Positions 20,589 to 28,883 are shown, counted from the first letter of the stretch. The stretch: DNA of 64,000 bases from Gammaproteobacteria bacterium (GCA_965243335.1 OZ251545.1:2030226-2094225); one strand, 5' to 3'. The notes: generated by a model from the sequence alone, not told the origin. Made by a program: numbers and translations.

Positions 20589-21580
20589 GCGATTCCGGAG
20601 AGCCGGGCGACGAGGTCCGACTCCAGGGCCGGGTCGACCTCGGCCTCGACCGGCAGGTACCAGTGGCGCTTCCCGGCGAACCCGCGGCACTTGACCGCAT
20701 CCTTCTCGGTCATGACCACCGGCCGCTCGTCCCCGAGCTCGAGGTCTTCCGCGCGGAACGGGTGGTGGTCGGGGAACGCGCGGGGGACGATCCGAAGGCC
20801 GAGGTCCTCGAGGCGCGCGAAGAACGACGGGGGGTTGCCGATCCCCGCCACCGCGTGCACCGGGCCCGACGAGAGCTCGGCCACGTCGATCGAGACGGAG
20901 TCGTCCGCGACCCGCCGGAGGGTCCTTCCGGTGAGCTCCATCCGATACTCCCCTTCCCTCGCGTCCCCTCCCTTGGCGACCACGAAGTCGACCGACTCGA
21001 GACGCGACACCGGCTCCCGCAGGGGGCCGGCGGGAAGACACCAGCCGGTCCCGTGGCGGCGCTGGCCGTCCAGCACCGCGATCTCGAGGTCGCGGGCGAG
21101 CCGGTAGTGCTGGAGGCCGTCGTCGGCCACCACCACGTCGCAGCCGGAGCGCCGGAGCAGGGATTGGGCGGCCGCGACCCGGTCCCGCCCCGCCACGACC
21201 GGACACCCGCACCGCTTGGCGACCAGGACCGCTTCGTCCCCGACCGCGGCGGGGTCGGAGTCCTCGCGCACGTGTTGCGGCCAGGCGCGCGCCGTCCCCC
21301 GATAGCCCGAGCAGACCACCCCGGGGCGGTAGCCGTGCCGGCGGAGGGACAGGACCAGCCACACGACGAGGGGGGTCTTCCCGGCCCCGCCGACCGCGAT
21401 GTTGCCCACCACCACGACGGGCGCCCCGACCCGATGGGACCTCCGCAGCCCGCGGCGGTACGCGGCCCGCCGGACGCGCACGGCGGCCGCATACGGGAGG
21501 GACAGGAGGGCCAGCCCCCGGCCCCCGGCCCGGCGCCCGTACCACAGCTCGTCAAGGAGCCGGAAGGCGATACGCCGCAC
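20585..21580 (-). CDS. lpxK: tetraacyldisaccharide 4-prime-kinase
   Basis: C-terminal part of the artefactual 1434-aa track ORF 20585..24889. ...DELWYGRR...VVVVGNIAVGGAGKTPLVVWL (P-loop). Start placed at GTG 21580 (331 aa, collinear with E. coli LpxK, SD-like GGGGAAGAG upstream). An in-frame ATG at 21754 is judged too long. Confidence 0.83.
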   Translation of the reverse strand: MRRIAFRLLDELWYGRRAGGRGLALLSLPYAAAVRVRRAAYRRGLRRSHRVGAPVVVVGNIAVGGAGKTPLVVWLVLSLRRHGYRPGVVCSGYRGTARAWPQHVREDSDPAAVGDEAVLVAKRCGCPVVAGRDRVAAAQSLLRRSGCDVVVADDGLQHYRLARDLEIAVLDGQRRHGTGWCLPAGPLREPVSRLESVDFVVAKGGDAREGEYRMELTGRTLRRVADDSVSIDVAELSSGPVHAVAGIGNPPSFFARLEDLGLRIVPRAFPDHHPFRAEDLELGDERPVVMTEKDAVKCRGFAGKRHWYLPVEAEVDPALESDLVARLSGIA

Positions 21581-21837
21581 CTCTTCCCCTGGCCCGCGGC
21601 GGGGAGGACCGCTCCGGCCCCCGGCCCGCCCGAGGCGCCGCCCCTCCCCGGAGAGCGCGCCTTCCCGGGCGGTCGAGACTTCCCCGGAAGGCGATCGGTA
21701 TTCGCGGACCTCGTCCGAATCACGGGAGACTGGCGGCAAGGATTCCGATCTCATGGAGACCTTCCCGGCCGGGGAGTGTAACGGATGCCCGTTCCGAGGC
21801 GTGTGCACTGCGGAGGTTTCGCCAATGGCGAACGCCT

Positions 21838-21923
21838 CCGGGTACGCCGGCGTCCCGCCGGCATGTTCGTTCTCACGGGCGCTTCGCCCCTTCATGTGCC
21901 GGCGAGACGCCAGCGTACCCAGG
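21838..21923. repeat. long imperfect palindrome H, copy 1 (26-27 nt arms, 33-nt loop)
   Basis: CCGGGTACGCCGGCGTCCCGCCGGCA / loop tgttcgttctCACGGGCGCTTCgccccttcatg / TGCCGGCGAGACGCCAGCGTACCCAGG. Homologous to 49443..49525. Confidence 0.7.
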
Positions 21924-22011
21924 GATGGTGTGCCCAGGTACGACCCGCGAACCACCGCCGTGGGGTGAAATCCGCCCAAAAGCCCCTCGAACCGACCCCA
22001 AACCCTGGAAC

Positions 22012-22090
22012 AACGCCGTCCCCGTGGGGTAATCAACGTCTCGGCCTCTGTTCTCTCCCTCAATATCAATACGTTACGAACAACACACGG
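22012..22090 (+). repeat. conserved low-GC non-coding block XM, copy 1
   Basis: AACGCCGTCCCCGTGGGGTAA...CTCTCCCTCAATATCAATACGTTACGAACAACACACGG aligns with the reverse complement of 49351..49430 at about 78% identity (hand count). Confidence 0.6.
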
Positions 22091-22167
22091 ACCTCGTTCC
22101 GAAATCGGGCCGTCAGGGGACGTTCCCGCCACGCCGGCTTCGGGGGCCGCGTTCGGAACGGGACCGG

Positions 22168-24450
22168 TCACCGCGCGTGCCAGAACCGGCCGGGCCGCCA
22201 GTGGCGGATCTCGATGGCGCCCGAGGACCGGAGGAACGCGATGACCGCCCCATGCGCGTCCGTACGATGGATGGAGGCGCCGCGCGCGCGGTATCGTTCG
22301 AGCACCGCGGGCGCCGGATGGTTCCACGAATTGCCGTGCCGGACCGAGAAGACCGCGTGGCTGGCGCCGGTCGCGTCGACGAAGGCGGGGCTCGACGAGG
22401 TGCGGCTGCCGTGATGCGGGACGGAGAGCAGGTCCGACCGCAGGTCGCGCGCGCTTCGCAGCAACCGGCGTTCCGCCCGGGCCTCGACGTCCCCGGTGAG
22501 CAGTATCGTCCGGCCGGAGGCGGAGATCCGGAGCACGCAGGAGCCCTCGTTCCCTCTCCAGCCGGAGGCCGTCGGGGGATGCAGGACCTCGAACCGGACC
22601 TCGTTCCATTCCCAGGAATGCTCCGCGACGCACGGGTCCGCCCCCGGCACACCCTCGTTCGCGAGCACCCGCCGCACGGGGAGACGCCGGACGAGCGCGG
22701 GGTAGCCGCCCCGGTGGTCGGAGTGCGCGTGGCTCACCACGACGGTGTCGACGCTCCGCCTCCCGCGCCAGGCCAGATAGGACCCGACGATGCCGCCGGC
22801 ATGGGCGCCCCCCGTGTCGTAGACGAGGACCCGGTCCCGGGTCTCGACCACCACCGCGAGGCCGTGCCCGACGTCGAGGAAGGCCGCCCTCGCCTCCCCG
22901 GACTCCGGGAGGACCGGCGCCCACCAGAGCAGAGGCGCGAGCCACAGCGCCCCGGTCCAGCGTCCGGGCAGCCCGGGGGGCGCGAGCAGGATCGCCGCGC
23001 CCGCCATCGCGAGGGCGAGGGCCGCGAGCGACGGCTCCACCGAGAGCACGTAACGCGGCCCGTGGGAGGCCGCCAGCTCGAGGAACCACCACAACAGGTC
23101 GAGCCCGCGCGCCGCGGCGGTGACCAGGGCCTCCCCCACCAGGTCCGCCAGCCGGCCCGGCAACGACAGGCAAAGGCTTCCCGCGAGCAGGGCCGGCAGC
23201 ACGAAGACGCCGACGAACGGGATGGCGACCGCATTCGCGAAGGGCCCCGCGAGCGGCTGCTCGTCGAACCAGCGGACGATGAGGGGCGCGAGCGCCGCGG
23301 TGACCACGAGCTGGGGCAGCGCCCAGCGCCGCCAGTGCAGGACCGAGCCGCCCGGGTGCGGGCGGCCGCCCATTCCGTACATGAGCGCCGCGACCGCGCA
23401 GAACGAGAGCCAGAACCCCGGCGCGAGCACCGCCGACGGCTCCAGGACCAGGACCGCCATCAGCCCGAGGCAGAATACGGCGCTTCCCGCCAGCCGGCGG
23501 CGGGCGGCGAGCGCGCCGAGGACCACGACGGCCATGACGAGCGCCCGCCGGGTGGGAAGCGAGAAGCCGGCGAGGGCCGCGTATCCCGCCGCGACCGCCA
23601 TGCCCGCGAGGGCCCCGACCCGCACCGGCGCGACCCCGGGGACGAGCCAGGGCCCGGCGAAGCGGCCCACGGCGAACCCAACCCCCGCCGCGAGGCCGAT
23701 GTGCAGGCCGGAGATCGCGAGGAGGTGGGCGGTCCCGGTCCGGCGAAGGACCTCTCGCTGGTGTTCGGAGATCCGGTCGCGGACCCCGACCACGAGCGCT
23801 TCGACCAGGGCGCCCGCCGGACCGATCCCCGGGAGCTCGCGCAAGCGCCGGGAGAGGGAGAACCGGGTCCGGCCCGGGTCGAGCGCGCCCGCCGGCGCGA
23901 GCCTCGCGTTGCGCGGGTCGCGGGACCGCACGTACCCGCGGCCCGAATAGCCGTGTGCGAAGAGCCACGTCTCGTAGTCGAACGCGCCCGGGTTGCGGAG
24001 CCCGCGCGGCGCGCGGAGCCGGACCACGAGCCGCCACGCCTCGCCGGTGGCGAGCTCCGGGGGCGGGCCGGCCCGGGAATCTTCGTACCACGAGAGGCGC
24101 AGCCGGCCCGCCGGCTGCGGGAGGCCGGAATCCACCGTGAAGTCGAAGCGGGTGCGGCGCGGCGCAGGAGACGGGATCGAGGCGACCCGCCCCGTCAGGA
24201 CGAGGTCCTGGCCGTTCAGGGCCGGAGGCAGGCGGGCGGTGAGGGTCGCATGGGCGCTCAGCAGCGCCCAGAGGAACCCGGCAGCGCAGCAGCCGGCGGC
24301 CGGGCCCCAGCCGGCGGCCCCGAGGCGGCTCCTCGCCGCCGCGACGTAGAGGGCGGCCGGCAGCAGCGCGGTCGTCCAGGCCCCGGGCAGGGTCTCGGCG
24401 CCGTGCAGGGCGCAGACCCCGAGCAGGAAGGCGATCGTCCCTGACCGCAA
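22168..24450 (-). CDS. comEC: DNA internalization-related competence protein ComEC/Rec2
   Basis: Track ORF of 760 aa. Polytopic membrane core plus a C-terminal metallo-beta-lactamase domain (VVVSHAHSDHRGG). The start is a TTG and is uncertain. Confidence 0.85.
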   Translation of the reverse strand: MRSGTIAFLLGVCALHGAETLPGAWTTALLPAALYVAAARSRLGAAGWGPAAGCCAAGFLWALLSAHATLTARLPPALNGQDLVLTGRVASIPSPAPRRTRFDFTVDSGLPQPAGRLRLSWYEDSRAGPPPELATGEAWRLVVRLRAPRGLRNPGAFDYETWLFAHGYSGRGYVRSRDPRNARLAPAGALDPGRTRFSLSRRLRELPGIGPAGALVEALVVGVRDRISEHQREVLRRTGTAHLLAISGLHIGLAAGVGFAVGRFAGPWLVPGVAPVRVGALAGMAVAAGYAALAGFSLPTRRALVMAVVVLGALAARRRLAGSAVFCLGLMAVLVLEPSAVLAPGFWLSFCAVAALMYGMGGRPHPGGSVLHWRRWALPQLVVTAALAPLIVRWFDEQPLAGPFANAVAIPFVGVFVLPALLAGSLCLSLPGRLADLVGEALVTAAARGLDLLWWFLELAASHGPRYVLSVEPSLAALALAMAGAAILLAPPGLPGRWTGALWLAPLLWWAPVLPESGEARAAFLDVGHGLAVVVETRDRVLVYDTGGAHAGGIVGSYLAWRGRRSVDTVVVSHAHSDHRGGYPALVRRLPVRRVLANEGVPGADPCVAEHSWEWNEVRFEVLHPPTASGWRGNEGSCVLRISASGRTILLTGDVEARAERRLLRSARDLRSDLLSVPHHGSRTSSSPAFVDATGASHAVFSVRHGNSWNHPAPAVLERYRARGASIHRTDAHGAVIAFLRSSGAIEIRHWRPGRFWHAR

Positions 24451-24683
24451 CGTGCGCTCCGTCCGCGGTCCGCGCTCTATGCCGTGCGGGCGGTATGGGC
24501 GGTCCGGACCGTCCGGGCCGCGGGCCTGGAGCCGGACGCGGGCTCGAGGCGGCTTCCCGCGCCGTGGTCCGGTCGCCTCGGCGCGGCCCCCGGACCGCGG
24601 GCGGCGCCCGCCCGAATTGTGGGCCGGAGGATTCGCTCCGATAATCCACGGTCCCCCGAAGAGAAGACCCTCCGGAAGGCCGA

Positions 24684-25202
24684 ATGCCGCGGCGTTTCCT
24701 CAATCGCTGGCTTCCCGAACCGCGGAAGATCCGTTCGCAGGCCGGGATGGGCCTCTTCGGACGTCTCCTCGACAAGCGCGACCTCTGGCAGCTCAACCGC
24801 CGGTCCACCGCCCGCGCCGCCGCGATCGGGATCTTCTGTTCGATGCTCCCGGTCCCGTTCCAGATGGTGGCCGCCGCCGCCATCTCCATCTACGCCGGAT
24901 GCAACGTCCCGGTGGCCGCCGCCCTGTGCTGGATCACCAACCCGCTGACCATCGGCCCCATCTTCTTCGGAGCCTACAAGCTCGGGGCGTGGCTCCTCGG
25001 CATCCCGGCGCGCGACGTGCGGTTCGAGGTCTCGGTGGACTGGCTGTTCACCACGTTCGTCGGGGTCTGGCCGCCCCTGGTGCTCGGGTGCGTCGTCATC
25101 GGCGCGGCGGGCGCGGTTCTCGGCTTCTATGGAACCCATCTCGTCTGGCGGGTGGCGGTGGTGCGCGAGTGGCGGGCCCGCCGCCGGAGCCCGCGGGGCT
25201 GA
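24684..25202 (+). CDS. DUF2062-family membrane protein
   Basis: Track ORF of 172 aa. MPRRFLNRWLPEPRKIRSQ...LWQLNRRSTARAAAIGIFCSMLPVPFQMV...WITNPLTIGPIFFGAYKLGAWLLG. Divergent from comEC, as is common in gammaproteobacteria. Confidence 0.75.
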   Translation: MPRRFLNRWLPEPRKIRSQAGMGLFGRLLDKRDLWQLNRRSTARAAAIGIFCSMLPVPFQMVAAAAISIYAGCNVPVAAALCWITNPLTIGPIFFGAYKLGAWLLGIPARDVRFEVSVDWLFTTFVGVWPPLVLGCVVIGAAGAVLGFYGTHLVWRVAVVREWRARRRSPRG

Positions 25203-25414
25203 GAGGCTGGCCCGCCGGTCCCCCCCGCCGTCGTCGCGGGCGTGTCGAGCCGCCGCGGCGACAGGCCATGCGGATCGAAGGGGCGTGCGCGCGCGGCCGA
25301 AGGCGTAGCCGCCCCGGGCGCTGGAACGCCGTCGAAGCGGCCCGAGGGGGGTCGGCCGGTCACCGTGCGCGGATCGGCGTTCGCAGTAGAGGACGGCCGG
25401 GACGTGCAGGGCGG

Positions 25415-26098
25415 TCAGCATGGCTCGAGGCGTCCGCCGCCGAGCCGCAGCCGCCGGTCCGCCCGCTCCGCGAGCTCGAGATCGTGCGTCACCACGACGA
25501 GGCTGGTCCCCTCCTCCCGGTTGATCTCGAACATGAGGTCGCAGACCCGCCGCGCGGTGTCGCGGTCGAGGTTCCCCGTCGGCTCGTCCGCGAGCACGCA
25601 GGCGGGCCGGCCGGCGAGCGCGCGGGCGATGGCGGTGCGCTGGCGCTCACCCCCCGACAGCTCCCCGGGCCGATGGCTCCGCCGCTCGGCGAGGCCCACC
25701 CGGTCGAGCACCTCCGCCGCTCTCCGGCGCGCCCGCGCGATGGGGTCGCGGCGCACGAGCAGGGGCATCGCCACGTTGTCGAGGGCGGTGAACTCCGGCA
25801 GGAGGTGATGGAACTGGTAGACGAAGCCGAGGGCCCGGTTCCGCAGGCGCCCCCGCTGCGCCTCTCCCAGGCCGTTCATGGTCCTTCCCATGATCCGGAC
25901 CGAGCCGGAGGTCGGCAGGTCGAGCCCCCCCAGCAGGTGCAGGAGGGTGCTCTTCCCGGAGCCGGACGCGCCGAGGATCGCCACGCTCTCCCCCCGGGAG
26001 ACCTCGAGATCGACCCCGTGCAGAACCTCGACGCGGAGCGGCCCCTCCTCGAAGGCGCGCCGCAGGCCGCTCGCGCTGACGACGGCGGCGTCATTCAT
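25415..26098 (-). CDS. lolD: lipoprotein-releasing ABC transporter ATP-binding protein
   Basis: Track ORF of 227 aa. Walker [10 protein letters not shown], signature LSGGERQR, Walker [12 protein letters not shown]. 8-nt overlap with the upstream permease gene. Confidence 0.92.
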   Translation of the reverse strand: MNDAAVVSASGLRRAFEEGPLRVEVLHGVDLEVSRGESVAILGASGSGKSTLLHLLGGLDLPTSGSVRIMGRTMNGLGEAQRGRLRNRALGFVYQFHHLLPEFTALDNVAMPLLVRRDPIARARRRAAEVLDRVGLAERRSHRPGELSGGERQRTAIARALAGRPACVLADEPTGNLDRDTARRVCDLMFEINREEGTSLVVVTHDLELAERADRRLRLGGGRLEPC

Positions 26099-27338
26099 GC
26101 CGGAGCGCCTCCGCCGGCTGGGTGTTCGCCCCCCGCCAGGCGGGATAGATCGTCGCGAGCACGCTCATGACGAACGCGACGACGACGATCGCGGCCACGT
26201 CGGGCCCGCGGACGTCGGCAGGGACGTCGTCGAGGTAGTAGATCTCGGGCGAGAGGAACTTCTGGCCGAGCAGCCCCTCGATGGCGGAGACGACCGCCTC
26301 CAGGTTGCTCGCGAGCGCCACCCCCGCCGCCGCCCCGACCCCGGCCCCGACGAGACCGATCAGCGTCCCCTGGATGAGGAAGATCGCGAGCACGCTCGCC
26401 GGGGTGAGCCCGAGCGTCCGGAGGATCGCGATCTCCGGGCGTTTCTCGTTGACCACCATGACCAGGGTCGAGACGAGGTTGAAGGCGGCCACGGCGACGA
26501 TGAGGGTGAGGATGATGAACATCGCGGTCTTCTCGATGCGCAGGGCCCGGAAGAACTCGGCGTGGTAGCGGGTCCAGTCCGTGACCCAGTACCGCCCGCC
26601 GAGGCTCTCGGCGATCTCGTGCGCCAGGCGCGGGGCCGCGAACAGGTCGTCGAGGCGCAGCCGCAGCCCGCTCACCCCGCCCCGGACCCGGAAGAGCCTT
26701 CCCGCGTCCTCGACGTGCATGAGGGCAAAGGACGAGTCGTACTGTCCGTGGCCCGCCTCGAAGACGCCGGCCACCTCGAAGCGCCGGTGTCTCGGCACGA
26801 CCCCGGCCGGGCTGGCGACCGGCTCCGGGGCGATGGCGGTGACCCGGCTTCCGAGCTCGAGGCCGAGGCGCGCCGCCAGCGACGACCCGACGACGATGCG
26901 AAAGGCTCCCGCCTCGAGCTCGCCGAGCCCGCCCGCGACCATGTACCGCGGGATCTCGGAGACGCCGCCCTCCGCGCCCGGCTCGATGCCCCGAACCAGC
27001 ACCCCCCGCACCGCCCCGCCCGCGGTGAGCATCGCCTGCCCTTCCACGTAGGGGGCCGCGCCGAGCACCGAGGGATGCTCCAGCGCCCGGTCGGCGGCTT
27101 CCCGCCAGTCCGGGAGGGGGCCGCGGAAGCCCGCGATGGTGGCGTGTGACGCCATCCCGAGGATCCGGCCCCGGAGCTCCCGTTCGAATCCGTTCATGAC
27201 CGACAGCACCGTGATGAGGGCGGCGACCCCGAGGGCGATGCCGAGCACGGAGACGAGGCTGATGAAGGAGATGAACCGGGCCCGCCGCCTCGCCCGGAGG
27301 TAGCGGAGCCCGATCGCGAGCTCGAGGGGCCGGATCAC
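26091..27338 (-). CDS. lolC: lipoprotein-releasing system transmembrane subunit (LolC/LolE/LolF family, FtsX-like permease)
   Basis: Track ORF 26091..27626. Start set at GTG 27338 ((M)[36 protein letters not shown]...), 415 aa. GTGA overlap with the tsaB stop. Confidence 0.88.
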   Translation of the reverse strand: MIRPLELAIGLRYLRARRRARFISFISLVSVLGIALGVAALITVLSVMNGFERELRGRILGMASHATIAGFRGPLPDWREAADRALEHPSVLGAAPYVEGQAMLTAGGAVRGVLVRGIEPGAEGGVSEIPRYMVAGGLGELEAGAFRIVVGSSLAARLGLELGSRVTAIAPEPVASPAGVVPRHRRFEVAGVFEAGHGQYDSSFALMHVEDAGRLFRVRGGVSGLRLRLDDLFAAPRLAHEIAESLGGRYWVTDWTRYHAEFFRALRIEKTAMFIILTLIVAVAAFNLVSTLVMVVNEKRPEIAILRTLGLTPASVLAIFLIQGTLIGLVGAGVGAAAGVALASNLEAVVSAIEGLLGQKFLSPEIYYLDDVPADVRGPDVAAIVVVAFVMSVLATIYPAWRGANTQPAEALRHE

Positions 27339-28057
27339 GGGCGGTCGCCCGCCTCGGGAGCCCGGCCCGCCTCCGGCCCGCGGACCACCCGGCGGCGGAG
27401 ATACACGGGAACCGCCTGCTCGGCGGGTACCTGGCGCCCTTCCTTCCACCCCGCGCGAACGAGGGCCGCGAGGTCGCGGGCGCGCGGGAGCCGATCCGGC
27501 TCGAGGCGCTCGACCCGAGCCTCGAGCCCGGCCGGGAGCGCGTCCCCACAGACGCTCCAGCCCGCGCCGCAGCCGGTCCAGCCGCCCTCCGCCCCGAGCT
27601 CTTCCGCCAGGGCCTCGGGCCGGCACAGCCGTTCATCGCGCATCGCCCGCATGACTCCGGCCGCCGGGTCCGCCTGCATCGCGCCCGCGTAGACCTCGCC
27701 CAAGCGGGCGTCGAGAAGGGCGATCACCCGCCGCGACCCGTGCTCGCGCAGGGCCCCTTGCCCGAGCACGGCAAGGGTCGAGACCGGGACCACGGGGACG
27801 TCGAGGGCGAACGCCAGGCCCTGGGCGACCCCCGCCGCGACCCGAAGCCCGGTAAAGGAGCCCGGGCCGCGGCCGAACCCGACCGCGTCGAGGTCGGACC
27901 GGGCGGCCCCGGCCTCGGCGAGGAGCCGGTCCACGACCGACAGGAGCCGGTCCGCGTGCTGGCGCGGCGTCGTCTCGTGGTGCTCGGTCAACGCCCCGTC
28001 GGCCCACAACGCGCACGTCAGCGCATCGGTGGCGGTGTCGAAGCAGACGAACTTCAC
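27335..28057 (-). CDS. tsaB: tRNA threonylcarbamoyladenosine (t6A) biosynthesis protein TsaB
   Basis: Track ORF 27335..28246. Start set at GTG 28057 ((M)KFVCFDTATDALTCALWADG...VGFGRGPGSFTGLRVAAGVAQGLAFAL...), 240 aa. Confidence 0.85.
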   Translation of the reverse strand: MKFVCFDTATDALTCALWADGALTEHHETTPRQHADRLLSVVDRLLAEAGAARSDLDAVGFGRGPGSFTGLRVAAGVAQGLAFALDVPVVPVSTLAVLGQGALREHGSRRVIALLDARLGEVYAGAMQADPAAGVMRAMRDERLCRPEALAEELGAEGGWTGCGAGWSVCGDALPAGLEARVERLEPDRLPRARDLAALVRAGWKEGRQVPAEQAVPVYLRRRVVRGPEAGRAPEAGDRP

Positions 28058-28461
28058 CCGCTCTCCCAGCGCCGGCGGCCGCTCGCCCGGAGCCGGGCCG
28101 CGGACCGGGTGGCCCGCGCGGCTTCGCCGCTCAATTCGTCGATGGCCAACGGCTCCAGCTCCGCCGACATGAATACGAGGAGGCCGCGATCCCAATGGCC
28201 CGGGCGGAACGCCCCCGCCGCAACCAGGGGATCCGTGAGGGCGCACCCCGCGATCCGGTATCGGAACCCGGAGCCGCGCGCATCATACCCGCTCCCGTCA
28301 TGCGCCGCCGGCTCGAGACCGAGCAGGCGCACCGCGTCGTGCACGGCGAGGTCCCGGCGCATGGCCGCCTCCCGGTCCGGCTCCCCGAGCGCCAGACGAC
28401 CCCGGCGTTCCCCCTCGAGCCGCGCGAGGCGCCGGAAGGCGGCCCGCGCCCGGGGGGTCAC
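28054..28461 (-). CDS. hypothetical protein (135 aa), translationally coupled between the cptA-like gene and tsaB
   Basis: GTG 28461 overlaps the upstream stop (GTGA), and its own TGA overlaps the tsaB GTG (GTGA). Sequence ...AMRRDLAVHDAVRLLGLEPAAHDGSGYDARGSGFRYRIAGCALTDPLVAAGAFRPGHWDRGLLVFMSAELEPLAIDELSGE... is GC3-rich, and I do not recognise the family. Confidence 0.45.
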   Translation of the reverse strand: MTPRARAAFRRLARLEGERRGRLALGEPDREAAMRRDLAVHDAVRLLGLEPAAHDGSGYDARGSGFRYRIAGCALTDPLVAAGAFRPGHWDRGLLVFMSAELEPLAIDELSGEAARATRSAARLRASGRRRWESG

Positions 28462-28883
28462 GACGTTCCCCCGTGCCGCAGGCGGCGTCGAAGCGCCTTG
28501 TGGAGGGCCGGCGGGAAGAGCGAGTCCGGCGGTACGAGGACCACCGTGCGGCCGGTGTCCGAATCGAGCCGCAACACGACGAGCCTCGGATGCAGGAACG
28601 GCGGGGCCCGCAGCTCCGCCCGGCATGACCTCCCGTCCGCGAGGCCGAGGCGGATCTCCGGTTCGAGCGCGATCCGGACGACGGCGCCGGGCGCGCTTCG
28701 CAGGGCGTGGAGGCGCAGGCTCCGGACGAAGCTCGCGGCGGCGAGGGCGGAGAGCACGCCGGCGGCGGCCGTCGGCAGCGCGCTCCCCCACGCCGCGAGC
28801 ACCCCGCCCCCGTGCGCCGCCGCGAGCCAGAGGACGAGGGTGCGGGACCCTCGGAGTTCGAATCGGATCGGCATGTCGAGCAT
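28458..28883 (-). CDS. CptA/YgfX-like inner-membrane protein
   Basis: Track ORF of 141 aa. Two N-terminal TM helices (LVLWLAAAHGGGVLAAW, AAGVLSALAAASFV), then ...VVRIALEPEIRLGLADG...HPRLVVLRLDSDTGRTVVLVPPDSLFPPALHKALRRRL, collinear with E. coli YgfX (...MMLRLRSDGGKRQHLWLAADSMDEAEWRDLRRIL). Confidence 0.6.
   Translation of the reverse strand: MLDMPIRFELRGSRTLVLWLAAAHGGGVLAAWGSALPTAAAGVLSALAAASFVRSLRLHALRSAPGAVVRIALEPEIRLGLADGRSCRAELRAPPFLHPRLVVLRLDSDTGRTVVLVPPDSLFPPALHKALRRRLRHGGTS

Noticed and set aside
21581-21754. An in-frame upstream ATG (21754) that would extend LpxK by 58 residues (MRSESLPPVSRDSDEV...).
   Set aside because: The extension is non-hydrophobic and has atypical codon usage. 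It would make LpxK about 390 aa against roughly 330 aa for homologs, whose conserved N-terminal helix aligns with the GTG 21580 start.
21752-21762. An identical 11-mer CATGGAGACCT on the plus strand at 21752-21762 and 49230-49240, upstream of lpxK and murJ respectively, considered as a third shared module.
   Set aside because: An exact 11-mer between two spacers of about 550 bp is expected by chance about 0.1 times, and the flanking similarity is weak. It is noted only as possible support for homology between the two spacers.
21925-22032. A 35-codon ORF (MVCPGTTREPPPWGEIRPKAPRTDPKPWNNAVPVG) whose last 7 codons plus the TAA stop are conserved at the second repeat locus with a synonymous difference.
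   Set aside because: Conservation starts only at the last 7 codons. Upstream of that, the second locus is the palindrome arm and encodes an unrelated sequence. There is no SD, and the nucleotide-level conservation continues past the stop. The signal is therefore a DNA/RNA element, not a peptide.
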